Shown here piece after piece: positions 32,172 through 42,119 of a stretch of DNA of 64,000 nt; the stretch's first letter is position 1; each line of letters opens with the position of its first letter. The notes beneath the pieces are model-generated. The model saw only the letters and a list, made by a program, of their open reading frames with translations, did not search any database and was not told the DNA's origin. A program made the position numbers and the translations under genes. Source of the DNA: Phycisphaeraceae bacterium. GTDB lineage: Bacteria > Planctomycetota > Phycisphaerae > Phycisphaerales > Zrk34. Location of the stretch: positions 32,001 through 96,000 of the forward strand of contig JBBDRF010000021.1 of the NCBI GenBank assembly GCA_040905565.1, written 5' to 3'.

Positions 32172-33767
32172 TCAGTTGCGATGTTTACCGAACGCTAAGG
32201 GCATATCGGCCGTTGGCGTCCCAGTCGTGAATGACAATTCGGCGAGATCAATGGCGCGCGCCAGGGCGGCCGCTTTGTTGACGGTTTCGGCGTATTCGCT
32301 GGCGGGGACGCTGTCGGCGACGATGCCCGCGCCGGCCTGCAGGTGCACACGCCAGGCCCCCGTCTGCTCGGCACCCTGCTCGGCGATGGGCGTGACGACC
32401 ATCGTGCGCAGCGCGATGGCCATGTCCATGTTCCCCGCAAAATCGGCATAGCCCACGGCACCGGCGTAAGGACCGCGACGGGTCGGCTCAAGCTCATCAA
32501 TGATCTGCATCGCCCGAACCTTCGGCGCCCCGGACACCGTGCCCACCGGCAGTGCTGCCCGCAACGCATCCCAGCAACTCAGCCCCTCACGCAGCTTGCC
32601 CACCACCGTCGAACTGATGTGCATCACGTGGCTGTATCGCTCCACGCTCATAATGGTCGGCAGCTCGATCGTGCCCGGCTGGGCGACCTGCCCCACATCG
32701 TTCCGCCCCAAGTCCACGAGCATGATGTGCTCGGCGCGCTCCTTCGCGTCCGCCAGAAGGTCACGCTCCAGGGCCAGGTCTTCCGCCTCGTTGGCGCCCC
32801 GTTTCCGCGTGCCGGCAAGCGGCCGATTGGTGACCTGCCCGCCCTCAACCCGGCAGAGAATCTCCGGGCTCGAACCCACCAGCATCGTCCCCTCCGCCTG
32901 CAGGTAGAACATGTAAGGCGACGGGTTCACCACCCGCAACGCGCGATAAATATCGAACGGGTCGGCGTGGGTCTGACGCTCAAAACGCTGGGACAGGACG
33001 ACCTGAAAGATGTCGCCCGAAGCGATGTATTCCTTCGCCTGCTCGACCATCTGCTCATAGCGCTGCCGCGGCATGTTCGACTGCGCGGTTTCGGTCGGCT
33101 TGATATCCAGCGCCACGTCGCCGCCCCGCATGGAAGTGGCCCCGCTGGCGAGACGCTCGACGAGGGTGTCGAGTTCGGCGCAACCGTGGCGGTAGGCCGT
33201 TTCGACCGAATCATGCTCATCAAGCAGAACGTGGTTGATCGCGAGAATGGTTTTGTGGACATGGTCGAAGGCCACGACCTGCCGATAGAGCCCGAAGTGC
33301 ATGTCCGGGAGGTGGCGATCATCGGTGGGGGGGGTGGCGAGCTTTTCACCTTCTACATAGCGCACGGTGTCGTAGCCGGCGTAACCGACCCAGCCACCGG
33401 TGAAGCTCGGCAGGGCCGCTGCGGGGGCGAGCTTCCAGTGATCGGTCAGGTGCGCCATCTCGCCGAGCGGATCGTCGGAGGTGAAGGTTTCGGTTGCCGC
33501 GCCGGTGCGACGGGTGACGCTGTTGCCGCGGGCGATCAGCTCCGCCATCGGCTGCGCGCCCATGAACGAGTAGCGCGCCTGCCGTTCGCCGCCGACCACC
33601 GATTCGAGCAGGAAGCTGGGCGCCTGACGCGGATCGCCATGCACCAGCCTGCGATAGGCGAGCACGGGCGTCAGTCCGTCGGCGAAGACCTGCCGATAGA
33701 TCGGGATAAGATTGCCCTGCTCAGCAAGCTGCTCGAACGCTTCGAAACTCGGACGATAATGCTTCAT
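32172..33767 (-). CDS. trpE: Anthranilate synthase component I
   Basis: FLLESV, GDIFQVVLSQR, NPSPYMF, EHIMLVDLGRND and GTVSGAPKVRAM motifs. Confidence 0.93.
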   Translation of the reverse strand: MKHYRPSFEAFEQLAEQGNLIPIYRQVFADGLTPVLAYRRLVHGDPRQAPSFLLESVVGGERQARYSFMGAQPMAELIARGNSVTRRTGAATETFTSDDPLGEMAHLTDHWKLAPAAALPSFTGGWVGYAGYDTVRYVEGEKLATPPTDDRHLPDMHFGLYRQVVAFDHVHKTILAINHVLLDEHDSVETAYRHGCAELDTLVERLASGATSMRGGDVALDIKPTETAQSNMPRQRYEQMVEQAKEYIASGDIFQVVLSQRFERQTHADPFDIYRALRVVNPSPYMFYLQAEGTMLVGSSPEILCRVEGGQVTNRPLAGTRKRGANEAEDLALERDLLADAKERAEHIMLVDLGRNDVGQVAQPGTIELPTIMSVERYSHVMHISSTVVGKLREGLSCWDALRAALPVGTVSGAPKVRAMQIIDELEPTRRGPYAGAVGYADFAGNMDMAIALRTMVVTPIAEQGAEQTGAWRVHLQAGAGIVADSVPASEYAETVNKAAALARAIDLAELSFTTGTPTADMPLAFGKHRN

Positions 33768-33812
33768 GATCCCGCGAAGTGTACCAATCTGGCGCGGGCA
33801 TGTCTTACCGAA

Positions 33813-34082
33813 CTACGGCGTTCGCTCGGCGAGCAGGTCAGACACCAGTTGAACCGCGACGGCAAAGGCCCCGAGTGCCCCGCCGCACAGGACGCCTGCC
33901 GTCCCGCCGAGCACGACCGCGGTGCCCACCGGTTCCAGCTTCGTCCAGATCACCATCGTTTCGAAGAGCTTCGGTGCGATGTAGCCGGCGGCCAGCCCGA
34001 ACAGCCCGCCGAGCACCATGCCGCCGAGTGCGACGGCGATCACGGTGGCAGCAACCCTGCCGATCGAAAGCTTGCGTTTCAC
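33813..34082 (-). CDS. Small membrane protein, hypothetical
   Basis: 89 aa with two Gly-rich hydrophobic helices. GTG start with GAAGGG upstream. Confidence 0.6.
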   Translation of the reverse strand: MKRKLSIGRVAATVIAVALGGMVLGGLFGLAAGYIAPKLFETMVIWTKLEPVGTAVVLGGTAGVLCGGALGAFAVAVQLVSDLLAERTP

Positions 34083-34261
34083 GTTTCACCCCTTCGAGAC
34101 AGGCGAAGGTCGTCAGCGCCATGGCAGCCGATCGTACCACATCATTTTCGAAAACGACCGCTGCGCCGCAACATGGAACATTATTGTTGCTCGCCGGTGC
34201 CGCGCACAATATCCTCGCGTGCGGGTTCAGGCTTTTCTCTCTCAGATCCGAGGTAAAACAA

Positions 34262-36478
34262 ATGATGCGTTTGAAGGCGACCGGCTGGTTTGTGTGTCTG
34301 GCATGGGTGTTGAGTGTTTTTGTGACGCCCGTTCAGGCGGGGCCGTTGGTTGATCGCATCCCCGACGACGCGGTCGTGTACCTCGGCTGGCAGGGCACGG
34401 AGGAGATGGCGGGCTTTGATGATTCGCATTTCGCCGGTTTCCTCGAAGCGGTCGAAGTCGATCAGCTGCTGAGCGAAATGACGGTGATGCTCGAGATGTC
34501 GCCTGAGGACGCGGAGGCGTTCGCCGATGGGCTCGATGTGGCCGAGTCACTTTTCCATCGGCCGTGGGCGTTGTACGTGGGCCTGCCCAGCGGTGAGGTG
34601 GCCGGGCCGCCGACCCCCGCAGGGGGGCTGGTGGTGGAGCTCGACGCCGCTTCGCACGCCCTGGCTGAGCAGCTGCTTGCGGATATGGAAGAGCCCCTGC
34701 GCGATGTGCCGCCGGGCATGGTGAACATCCACCTTGATGAGCAGCAGTTGATCATCGGCCTGGGCAACCTTTCTCCCGCCGCTGCTGCCCGCCTCGGGCT
34801 GCCGACCGAAGGCGACGTCGAGCCTGCACCTGAACTCCGTCACGCAGCGGCCTACACCAACAGCATGGACCGGCTGACCATCGATCCCGCCGCTGCGATT
34901 TATGTCGACGTGGCCGCCCTGCTGAGCTTCGCCGAGTCGGCCCCGCTCGACGCGATGATGGGGACTGGTGCGGAGGCGGCGAAGCTAGGTGAAGTGCTCG
35001 AGGTCAGCGGTCTCAATGGGCTGCATCGTGTGGTCTGGGCCGGTGCGATCGAGCAGCAGCAGTGGCGCAGTGAAACGTTCATCGAAGCCCCCGCGCCGCG
35101 AGCGGGTCTGTTGAGCGTGCTCAACACGCAGCCGCTGGATGACAGGGTGTTCGCCTCCGTGCCGCGCACCGCTCAGTGGTTCTCCGCAAACCGATTCAAC
35201 TTCGCTGAGCTGATCCCGACCGGGCTGGATATCGCCGCCCTTTACGCCGGCGATCAGTCCGATCCGCGCGAACAGTTCAACGAAGTGATCGCGATGGGTG
35301 AGGCCATGCTCGGCGTGAACATTCGGCAGGACCTGCTCAACGGGCTCGGCGACCAGTGGCTTGTGTACGGCGACATGAGCACGCCCAGTCCGATCGGCCG
35401 GGGCTTTCTGGTCATGAACTTCGGCATCGACGCCGATCGGCTGCCTACCACGATCGACAAGCTCGCGGCTGTCGGCGCCCAGCAGCTCGCGGCGATGGAG
35501 ATTCCCTTTCAGCTTCAGCAGCGTGAGATGGCGGGGGGCAAGGTGCATTACCTCAACACGCCCCTCGTGAACCCCGGGCTGATGACACACGAAGATCGGC
35601 TGCTGATCGCCATGACCACGCAGACGCTTCGCACCCGATTGCAGAACGAGGAGTTCGACGTCGCCCCCATCACCGCCCACCCCGCCTATACCGAACTGAT
35701 GGAACGGCTGGACGCGCCGGGCCCGTCGAGCGTCGCCTACGCTGACCTGCCGCGGACGATGGTCGATTTGCTTGATGAGCTCAACATGGGGCTGGCGATG
35801 CTGGCGCAGGAGGAGCCGATGGCGGGCCGCGTTCTGGCGAACCTGCCGCGCGCCGGCGACCTCGCCCCGCACCTTACGCCGATGGCGCGGGTCGGGTGGT
35901 CCGACGACGCCGGCTACCACAACCGATCTATTCAGCCGTTCCCCTTCTCCGACGCCTTCGCACCCAACGGGATGATCGGGCCACTCACTGTGGGGGGCGG
36001 ATCCATGGGGGTCGCGATTCTCCTGCCGGCGGTGGGCAATGCACGCGAGGAAGCGAAGGAGGTCTCCAGCGCTCAGAACATGCGTGGCATTTATATCGCC
36101 TGCTTCGCCTACGCCGCAGACAACGACGGCCGCATGCCTGCGCAACTTGGGATTCTCCACGGCTACGCCCGACCGAAGGAGTTCCTGAACCCCCGCCTCG
36201 GGGATGGGCCGCCCGTTCCGCAGCGGCCCGCGGAGGAGCTGGCCGACTGGGTGAGCGAGAACAGTGATTACGTCTATCTCGCAGCCGACGCGAAAGTCGA
36301 CGACCTCGCCCCCGACGAGATCGTGCTCTACGAGCGGCTGGACCCGGAACTCGCAGACGGCATCAACATCGGATTCGGCGACGGGCGTGTTCAATACCTG
36401 CCCTTCGATGAAGCGGTGCCGCTGCTCGACGAAGCCGGCGAACCGATCCCCGACCATCTCCAACACTTCCGCCGGTGA
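34262..36478 (+). CDS. Secreted protein with a C-terminal DUF1559/pseudopilin-like module
   Basis: Sec signal (PVQA). The C-terminal part reads VAILLPAVGNAREEAKEVSSAQNMRGI...GINIGFGDGRV. ATG 34262 follows GAGG. Confidence 0.75.
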   Translation: MMRLKATGWFVCLAWVLSVFVTPVQAGPLVDRIPDDAVVYLGWQGTEEMAGFDDSHFAGFLEAVEVDQLLSEMTVMLEMSPEDAEAFADGLDVAESLFHRPWALYVGLPSGEVAGPPTPAGGLVVELDAASHALAEQLLADMEEPLRDVPPGMVNIHLDEQQLIIGLGNLSPAAAARLGLPTEGDVEPAPELRHAAAYTNSMDRLTIDPAAAIYVDVAALLSFAESAPLDAMMGTGAEAAKLGEVLEVSGLNGLHRVVWAGAIEQQQWRSETFIEAPAPRAGLLSVLNTQPLDDRVFASVPRTAQWFSANRFNFAELIPTGLDIAALYAGDQSDPREQFNEVIAMGEAMLGVNIRQDLLNGLGDQWLVYGDMSTPSPIGRGFLVMNFGIDADRLPTTIDKLAAVGAQQLAAMEIPFQLQQREMAGGKVHYLNTPLVNPGLMTHEDRLLIAMTTQTLRTRLQNEEFDVAPITAHPAYTELMERLDAPGPSSVAYADLPRTMVDLLDELNMGLAMLAQEEPMAGRVLANLPRAGDLAPHLTPMARVGWSDDAGYHNRSIQPFPFSDAFAPNGMIGPLTVGGGSMGVAILLPAVGNAREEAKEVSSAQNMRGIYIACFAYAADNDGRMPAQLGILHGYARPKEFLNPRLGDGPPVPQRPAEELADWVSENSDYVYLAADAKVDDLAPDEIVLYERLDPELADGINIGFGDGRVQYLPFDEAVPLLDEAGEPIPDHLQHFRR

Positions 36479-36534
36479 GGGCGAGGGCGATTGTGTCGGC
36501 GGCGTGAGCGTTGAGCCGATGATATTCACCATTC

Positions 36535-36834
36535 ATGGCTGGTTTGAAGATCGCAAATACGGAAGTCGGCGTCGCGTTCGACGTAAAGGTCGTGCCCAAC
36601 TCTCGGGCCGATGCGATCGTCGGGCTGCTCGGCGACGCGTTGAAGGTCAAGGTCGCTGCCCCGCCGGAAGCCGGGAGAGCCAACCGGGCGGTGTGCGATC
36701 TGCTGGCGGCGACGCTGGGCGTACCGCGGGCGGCGGTGACGGTGGTGGCCGGGCCTACCAGTCCGCGGAAGCGAATTGTCGTCGCCGGTCTTGACGCCGC
36801 CGCTTTGCAGACGAAACTGGACGCGTTCACCTGA
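36535..36834 (+). CDS. DUF167 (YggU/UPF0235) family protein
   Basis: VKVVPNS, LKVKVAAPPEAGRAN and GPTSPRK motifs. Confidence 0.88.
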   Translation: MAGLKIANTEVGVAFDVKVVPNSRADAIVGLLGDALKVKVAAPPEAGRANRAVCDLLAATLGVPRAAVTVVAGPTSPRKRIVVAGLDAAALQTKLDAFT

Positions 36835-36907
36835 CCGCCCTGCGGCACACGTCCGCCGATTCACCCGATTGCCTTCGCGAAAATCGCCAAGGAAGGAGCC
36901 TGACGCG

Positions 36908-38185
36908 ATGTTGAGTTTCACGATGATGGTCCGCAACTCCAGAACCGCCCTGACGGCGGCGATGGTCGCACTGCTTCTGATCGCCCCCGCTTGTCAGCAG
37001 GCTGAGCAGGTGGAGCCGGATTACAACCGCCCGCTGCCGCCGGGTGCGTCGGCCCTTCGGCTGCTGCTGGATCAGTCGCAATGGCCCGATCTGGTCGCCG
37101 CTTACGAAGCAGGCGACGGCGAGCTGGAAGCGGCCCTGGACCGCTCGATCACCTGGTTTGAGCGTCCCTCCTCCAAGAGCTTTTTCCCGCTGGGCGATGT
37201 GACGCACCTTCGCGCCAAGACCAGCGTTTACGCCTTCCGCGAGTTGCTGCGTGAGGCGGGATCGGCTTCGGAGTTCGACCAGATGCTCCGTGAGCAGTTT
37301 CACTGTTACACCAGCGTCGGCTATGACGATCGCGGCAGCGTGCTCTACACCGGCTATTTCACGCCCATCTTCGAAGGCAGCCTCACGAAGACCGACGTCT
37401 ACCGTTACCCGCTCTACAAGCGGCCGCCCGACCTTGTCACCGAAGAACTCAGCGGCAAGCCGCTCGGCCGTGATGTCGATGGTGAGATCGTCCCCTGGCC
37501 CCCGCGTGCGGAGCTGGAGGAATCGGGCCTGCTTGATGGGCTCGAGCTCGTTTACGTCGCCGACCGTTTCGATGCGTACATCATCCACGTCAACGGCTCC
37601 GCCCGGATCGATCTCGCAGACGGCGGCAGCATGTACATCGGGTATGCCGGCAAGACCGACGCGGAGTACCAGGGCATCGGGGCGGCACTGCTGGAAGAGG
37701 GCGTCTTCACGCCCGAACGCCTCAGCCTGCCCGCGATCCGTGAATACTTCACGGAGAACCCGCACCTGCAGCAGCAGTACATCAACCGCAACGAAAGCTA
37801 CGTCTTTTTCGACGAGTACGACGGTGCGAACTGGCCCGCCGGTTCGATCGGCGTGAAGGTGGCGGACAAACGTTCACTCGCGACGGACAAGAGCGTGTTC
37901 CCGCGGGCCGGCGTCGTGGTGGCGGACACCATGATCCCCACGCACGACGGCTCGCAGCGGCCGTTCACGCAGTTCATGCTCGATCAGGACACCGGCGGCG
38001 CGATCCGTGCCGCAGGCCGGGGCGATATCTACATGGGCATCGGCGACGGCGCGGAAACGCTCGCCGGCCGCCAGTTCGCCGAGGGCAGGCTGTATTACTT
38101 CTTTCTCCGACATGAGTACGTCCTCGACTGGCGCGAGCGCATGAGCGGCCAACCCGAACCCGCCGCAGACGACGACTACCGCTGA
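36908..38185 (+). CDS. mltA: Membrane-bound lytic murein transglycosylase A (lipoprotein)
   Basis: Lipobox-like APAC, TGYFTP, HVNGS, NESYVFF, SLATD and QDTGGAI motifs. AAGGAG upstream. Confidence 0.88.
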   Translation: MLSFTMMVRNSRTALTAAMVALLLIAPACQQAEQVEPDYNRPLPPGASALRLLLDQSQWPDLVAAYEAGDGELEAALDRSITWFERPSSKSFFPLGDVTHLRAKTSVYAFRELLREAGSASEFDQMLREQFHCYTSVGYDDRGSVLYTGYFTPIFEGSLTKTDVYRYPLYKRPPDLVTEELSGKPLGRDVDGEIVPWPPRAELEESGLLDGLELVYVADRFDAYIIHVNGSARIDLADGGSMYIGYAGKTDAEYQGIGAALLEEGVFTPERLSLPAIREYFTENPHLQQQYINRNESYVFFDEYDGANWPAGSIGVKVADKRSLATDKSVFPRAGVVVADTMIPTHDGSQRPFTQFMLDQDTGGAIRAAGRGDIYMGIGDGAETLAGRQFAEGRLYYFFLRHEYVLDWRERMSGQPEPAADDDYR

Positions 38186-38243
38186 CAATCAAAGAAAAGC
38201 AGCGCAGGCGGTGGGCGTCGACGCGGACGGGTAAGATGGGGCC

Positions 38244-39548
38244 ATGGACAAAGCGGCGTGTTATCAGGATGCAAAGGAGACCGAACCGGGCGCGCCGGTG
38301 CGGGCGGTGGTGGTGTTGCCAACTTATAACAACGCAACCACCGTGGAGGATGTTCTGGACCGGGTCGCGGCGCTCGGTCTGGCGATGGTCGCTGTGAATG
38401 ACGGCAGCACCGACGGCACGGCCAGTCGGCTGGCGGCGTGGGCGACGGCGCATCAGGCCTGCGGTTTGATTGTGCTGGAGCATGCGACGAATCGTGGTAA
38501 AGCGGCTGCCATGCAGACGGGGTTCGCCCACGCGAGCGGCATGGGCTACAGCCATGCGATCACGATCGACACAGACGGCCAACTGGATCCGGAAGACATT
38601 CCCAAGCTCCTGGCGAAGGCGGAGGAGAATCCTCGCGCGCTGGTAGTCGGTCGGCGGACCGTGAACATCGCAGGGTATCCGTGGCGCAGCCGAGTGGGGC
38701 GAACGCTTTCGAATCTTGGTATACGTCTCGCGTCCGGCGTGAGGGTCGCCGACAGCCAATGCGGCTTGCGGGTGTATCCGCTGGGGCTGATCGAGGCGGT
38801 ACGGTGCGGGTCGGGACGGTATGCCTTCGAGACGGAGATACTGGCGCGGGCCGGCTGGGCGGGATGTCCGGTCGTGGAGGTGCCCGTGACGAGCCGGTAT
38901 GAGCAGCCGGAGGGGCGGGTGAGTCACTTTCGGCCGATCATGGACACGGTGCGGGGATTGCTGCTTCAGGTGCGCTTGTTGGGGCGTGCGTTGTCGCCGT
39001 GGCCGCACCGCGTGCGATGGCCTGAGCGGCCGCAGCAGAGAAAGCGGCAGAGGCCGGTGGGATGGCGCGTGCGGCGGCGGCGCATCTGGCGATGGATCAA
39101 TCCGATGCAATGCTGGCGTGAAATTCGCGCGGGTGAGGCCGGACGTTTGAGTACGGCTGCGGCGCTGGGCATCGGGGCGTTCATTGCGAACCTCCCGGCT
39201 TATGGGTTTCAGACGCTGATGGCGTTATATGTCGCGCGCCGACTTCATTTGCATCCGGTGGCGGTGGTGGGAGGGTCGAACCTTTCGACGCCGCCGATTG
39301 GGCCTGTGCTGATCGCCTCGGCGATCGCGGTGGGGCATTTTCTGCTCAATGGATCGATGCCGACGCTGAAAGATTACGACTTGACGGCGAGTGCCGATGA
39401 CGCGGCGCTTCTGGCACGTGTGCTGCTGGAGTGGGGGCTCGGCTCGCTGATCGTCGGCTTCGTATGCATGGTGCTGGTGACGCTGGGAGCGCTGGCGGTG
39501 TTCTGGCTGGTCCCGGCTGACAAGGATGCCAAGGCAGATAACGGTTGA
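38244..39548 (+). CDS. Glycosyltransferase family 2 fused to a DUF2062 membrane domain
   Basis: VVLPTYN, VNDGSTDGT, NRGKAAA, IDTDGQ, DSQCGLRVYP and SHFRP, then hydrophobic DUF2062-like C-terminus (GSNLSTPP). Confidence 0.88.
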   Translation: MDKAACYQDAKETEPGAPVRAVVVLPTYNNATTVEDVLDRVAALGLAMVAVNDGSTDGTASRLAAWATAHQACGLIVLEHATNRGKAAAMQTGFAHASGMGYSHAITIDTDGQLDPEDIPKLLAKAEENPRALVVGRRTVNIAGYPWRSRVGRTLSNLGIRLASGVRVADSQCGLRVYPLGLIEAVRCGSGRYAFETEILARAGWAGCPVVEVPVTSRYEQPEGRVSHFRPIMDTVRGLLLQVRLLGRALSPWPHRVRWPERPQQRKRQRPVGWRVRRRRIWRWINPMQCWREIRAGEAGRLSTAAALGIGAFIANLPAYGFQTLMALYVARRLHLHPVAVVGGSNLSTPPIGPVLIASAIAVGHFLLNGSMPTLKDYDLTASADDAALLARVLLEWGLGSLIVGFVCMVLVTLGALAVFWLVPADKDAKADNG

Positions 39549-39655
39549 CAGTACGGGAGCGGTTTGGGACGCTACACTTTGCGCCGCTTCATAGGTGCGT
39601 ATTCATTTCGCGAGGTCGTCCGGCTCGCGATCGCCTGCTTTTTCTAGGATGAGCC

Positions 39656-40402
39656 ATGTCGGAGGCTGGTGCTGTCACATCGACGGTCGATCGCGTGCGG
39701 CTGATGCTGCGTGAGGACCTGAAGTTGGGGGACGACGTGGTCGTCGAGCCGGACATGCCGCTGTTTGGAGGCGAACTTGATCTGGACTCGCTGGACGTGC
39801 TGCTATTGGTCAGCAGCATTGAGAAGGCGTTCAAGATAAAAATTCCAAACGAGGACGTCGGCCGTCAGGTGTTCACGAGCGTCCGCACCCTGGCGGATTA
39901 TCTGGACGCCAAAGGGGCGAAGGCCGACGGCGAGCCGGATGCACAACAAGATGCCGCGGCGATGGATGGTGAGGCGCTGCTGACGCAGTTGCCGCACGGT
40001 GAGGGGTTCCGTTTTGTGGATCGCATCGAGGCGATGGCCGTGGGGCGCGCGGGGCGGGGCGTGTGGGTGGTGAATGGTGAAGAGGCTTTCTTTGCGGGGC
40101 ATTTTCCGGGGCGGGCAATCGTGCCTGGGGTTCTGATCAGCGAGGCGTTGGCGCAGCTTTCGGGCATCGTCGGATTGCAGACGCAAGGGGAAGACGGCAG
40201 CGTGACGAATTGGCACGGGGGCCAGTTGGCCCACGTGGATGTGCGGTTCCGTGAGGAAGTGAAGCCGCCTGCGGAGTTGGTGCTGGACAGTCGTATGGTC
40301 AAAGTGCTGGGTGCTTTGCAGCACTTTGAAGTCCGAGCGACCGTGGCGGGGAACGTGGTGGCGGAGGGCACGGTGGCGCTGAACCGTCGGAGCGGATCGT
40401 GA
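39656..40402 (+). CDS. Acyl carrier protein fused to FabZ-like 3-hydroxyacyl-ACP dehydratase
   Basis: ACP LDLDSLD motif, linker, then LPH..FRFVD and FFAGHFPGRAIVPGVLISEALAQ. Confidence 0.88.
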   Translation: MSEAGAVTSTVDRVRLMLREDLKLGDDVVVEPDMPLFGGELDLDSLDVLLLVSSIEKAFKIKIPNEDVGRQVFTSVRTLADYLDAKGAKADGEPDAQQDAAAMDGEALLTQLPHGEGFRFVDRIEAMAVGRAGRGVWVVNGEEAFFAGHFPGRAIVPGVLISEALAQLSGIVGLQTQGEDGSVTNWHGGQLAHVDVRFREEVKPPAELVLDSRMVKVLGALQHFEVRATVAGNVVAEGTVALNRRSGS

Positions 40403-41133
40403 TTCGGGCCGTGCCGCTGAGCGTGACGCTGTTGGCGGGGATGTTGCTGACGCTGTCGCTGGTGGTCGCCGATGAGGGCGCGGCGCCAGAGGGGATTGCG
40501 CCAGAGTTATGGCATCGGCTGAGCGAGATCGACGCGCGCGGGGCGGAAATCGAAACACTGATCGCGGACGTGGTCCAGGAGAAGCACACGCTGCTGTTGC
40601 GTCGTCCGTTGCGATCGAGCGGGCGCGTCTGGGTGCGAGGGGAGACGATGCGGTGGGACACGCGGGAGCCTCGTGAAACGCAGATGCTGGTGACGCCCAG
40701 CGAGGTGCAGCTTTATTACCCCGAGCAGGCGTTGCTGGAGATCTACCCGGTGGATGAGCGGCTGGGTGAACTGACTGCGTCGCCGTTGCCGAGGCTTAAG
40801 ACGATGGCTGAACATTTCGTCATCACGGAGGAGCCGGTCGCCGAGTTGCTGGAGCAGGAGCCGACGCTTGAGGGCGTGGAAGATGTGGCGTTTGTGGCGT
40901 TGCGGTTAACGCCACGCGACGAGGCGTTGGCTGAGCATATGGAGCGGGTGGAGGTGCTGCTGGAACCCGGCCGTGCGGTGGCGCGGCGGCTGGTGATGGT
41001 CGACGCCGACGGCGAACGCACCGTCATTACCTTCAATCAACTGCGTCTGAATGAGGACGTCGAGGAGTCGCACTTCGAACTCAGTGTCCCACTGGAAACA
41101 CGCATCGTTCGGGCCCTGGAGGGTGGGTCGTGA
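40399..41133 (+). CDS. LolA-like periplasmic carrier protein
   Basis: Signal peptide, VVQEKHTLLL..PLRSSGRVW..MRW and DGERTVITF. GTGA overlap with the upstream gene. Confidence 0.75.
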   Translation: MIRAVPLSVTLLAGMLLTLSLVVADEGAAPEGIAPELWHRLSEIDARGAEIETLIADVVQEKHTLLLRRPLRSSGRVWVRGETMRWDTREPRETQMLVTPSEVQLYYPEQALLEIYPVDERLGELTASPLPRLKTMAEHFVITEEPVAELLEQEPTLEGVEDVAFVALRLTPRDEALAEHMERVEVLLEPGRAVARRLVMVDADGERTVITFNQLRLNEDVEESHFELSVPLETRIVRALEGGS

Positions 41134-42119
41134 GGGCTGATGGGGCGCGAGCAGGTGGTGATGAAGGCGAGCGGGTCGACGGCTGGGCCGAGAGAGCCTC
41201 GCTGCGTCTGCTGTTCGCCATGGCGAGGTGGTGGCCGGGTTTCGCGCGGTGGTCGGCACCGTTCTGGACGCGGACGGCGTGGGAACTGAATCCGGCATTG
41301 CAACGCAGCATCCTCGCCAATGCCAAGCGGCTTCTGCCCCACGGGACGGAAGCGCAACGGCGACAACTGGCTCGCGCGGTGGTGCGGAGCTTCTACGACT
41401 TCGTGATGGAGATGGGCGTGGCCGTGAATGCGGACCGTTCGGCCATTCTCGAAAAGCTCGCCGGCACGGACGGCCATGAGCACTACGAAGAGGCGCGGCG
41501 ACTGGGGCGGGGTGTCATCGTGGCGACCGCTCACCTGGGCTCGTTCGAGGTCGGTATCGCAGCCCTTCGCGAACATGAAGCACGGATCCATGTGGTTTTC
41601 AAGCGGGATGTTGAGCCCACCTTCGACCGCCTGCGCGGCGACCTACATCGCATGCTCGGTGTGCTCGATGCGCCGATCGATGAGGGACTGGGCCTGTGGG
41701 TTCGACTGCGCGATGCGCTGGCGCGAGACGAAGCGGTGCTAATGCAGGCCGACCGCGCGATGCCCATGCAGAAGGGCGTGGTGGTGCCGTTCGGCAACGG
41801 ACACCTGATGCTGCCGACAGGCGTGGTAAGGCTGGCTCGGGCAAGCAATGCGCCGATTGTCCCGGTATTCGCGGTGCGCCAGCCGGACGGCCGTATCCGA
41901 TTGCAGGTGGAGAAGGCCATCGATGTTCACGCTTGCGGCAACGGCGATGATGCTACCAGCAAGTTCGATGCGGCAACGCAGACGCTGGCTCGCGTGATCG
42001 AGGCCAAGGTATTTGCTCACCCTGAGCAGTGGTTGATGTTGCAGCCCGCGTGGCTGGAGGACCAACCGGTCCACGTAACGGCGGCGACGGAACAGGCTAA
42101 GGATGTGCGATGTGAGTGA
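41130..42119 (+). CDS. Lysophospholipid / lipid A (LpxL-like) acyltransferase
   Basis: GVIVATAHLGSFE, QADR, APIVPVF and HPEQW motifs. GTGA overlap. Confidence 0.85.
   Translation: MRADGARAGGDEGERVDGWAERASLRLLFAMARWWPGFARWSAPFWTRTAWELNPALQRSILANAKRLLPHGTEAQRRQLARAVVRSFYDFVMEMGVAVNADRSAILEKLAGTDGHEHYEEARRLGRGVIVATAHLGSFEVGIAALREHEARIHVVFKRDVEPTFDRLRGDLHRMLGVLDAPIDEGLGLWVRLRDALARDEAVLMQADRAMPMQKGVVVPFGNGHLMLPTGVVRLARASNAPIVPVFAVRQPDGRIRLQVEKAIDVHACGNGDDATSKFDAATQTLARVIEAKVFAHPEQWLMLQPAWLEDQPVHVTAATEQAKDVRCE

Noticed and set aside
33779..34261. N-terminal extension of the 899-aa ORF
   Set aside because: It overlaps the minus-strand 33813-34082 gene. An RBS and signal peptide support a start at 34262
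39545..39578. TTGACA...TACACT as an internal promoter of the lipid cluster
   Set aside because: The 22-nt spacing is too long for a sigma70 pair. An internal promoter is possible but cannot be defined
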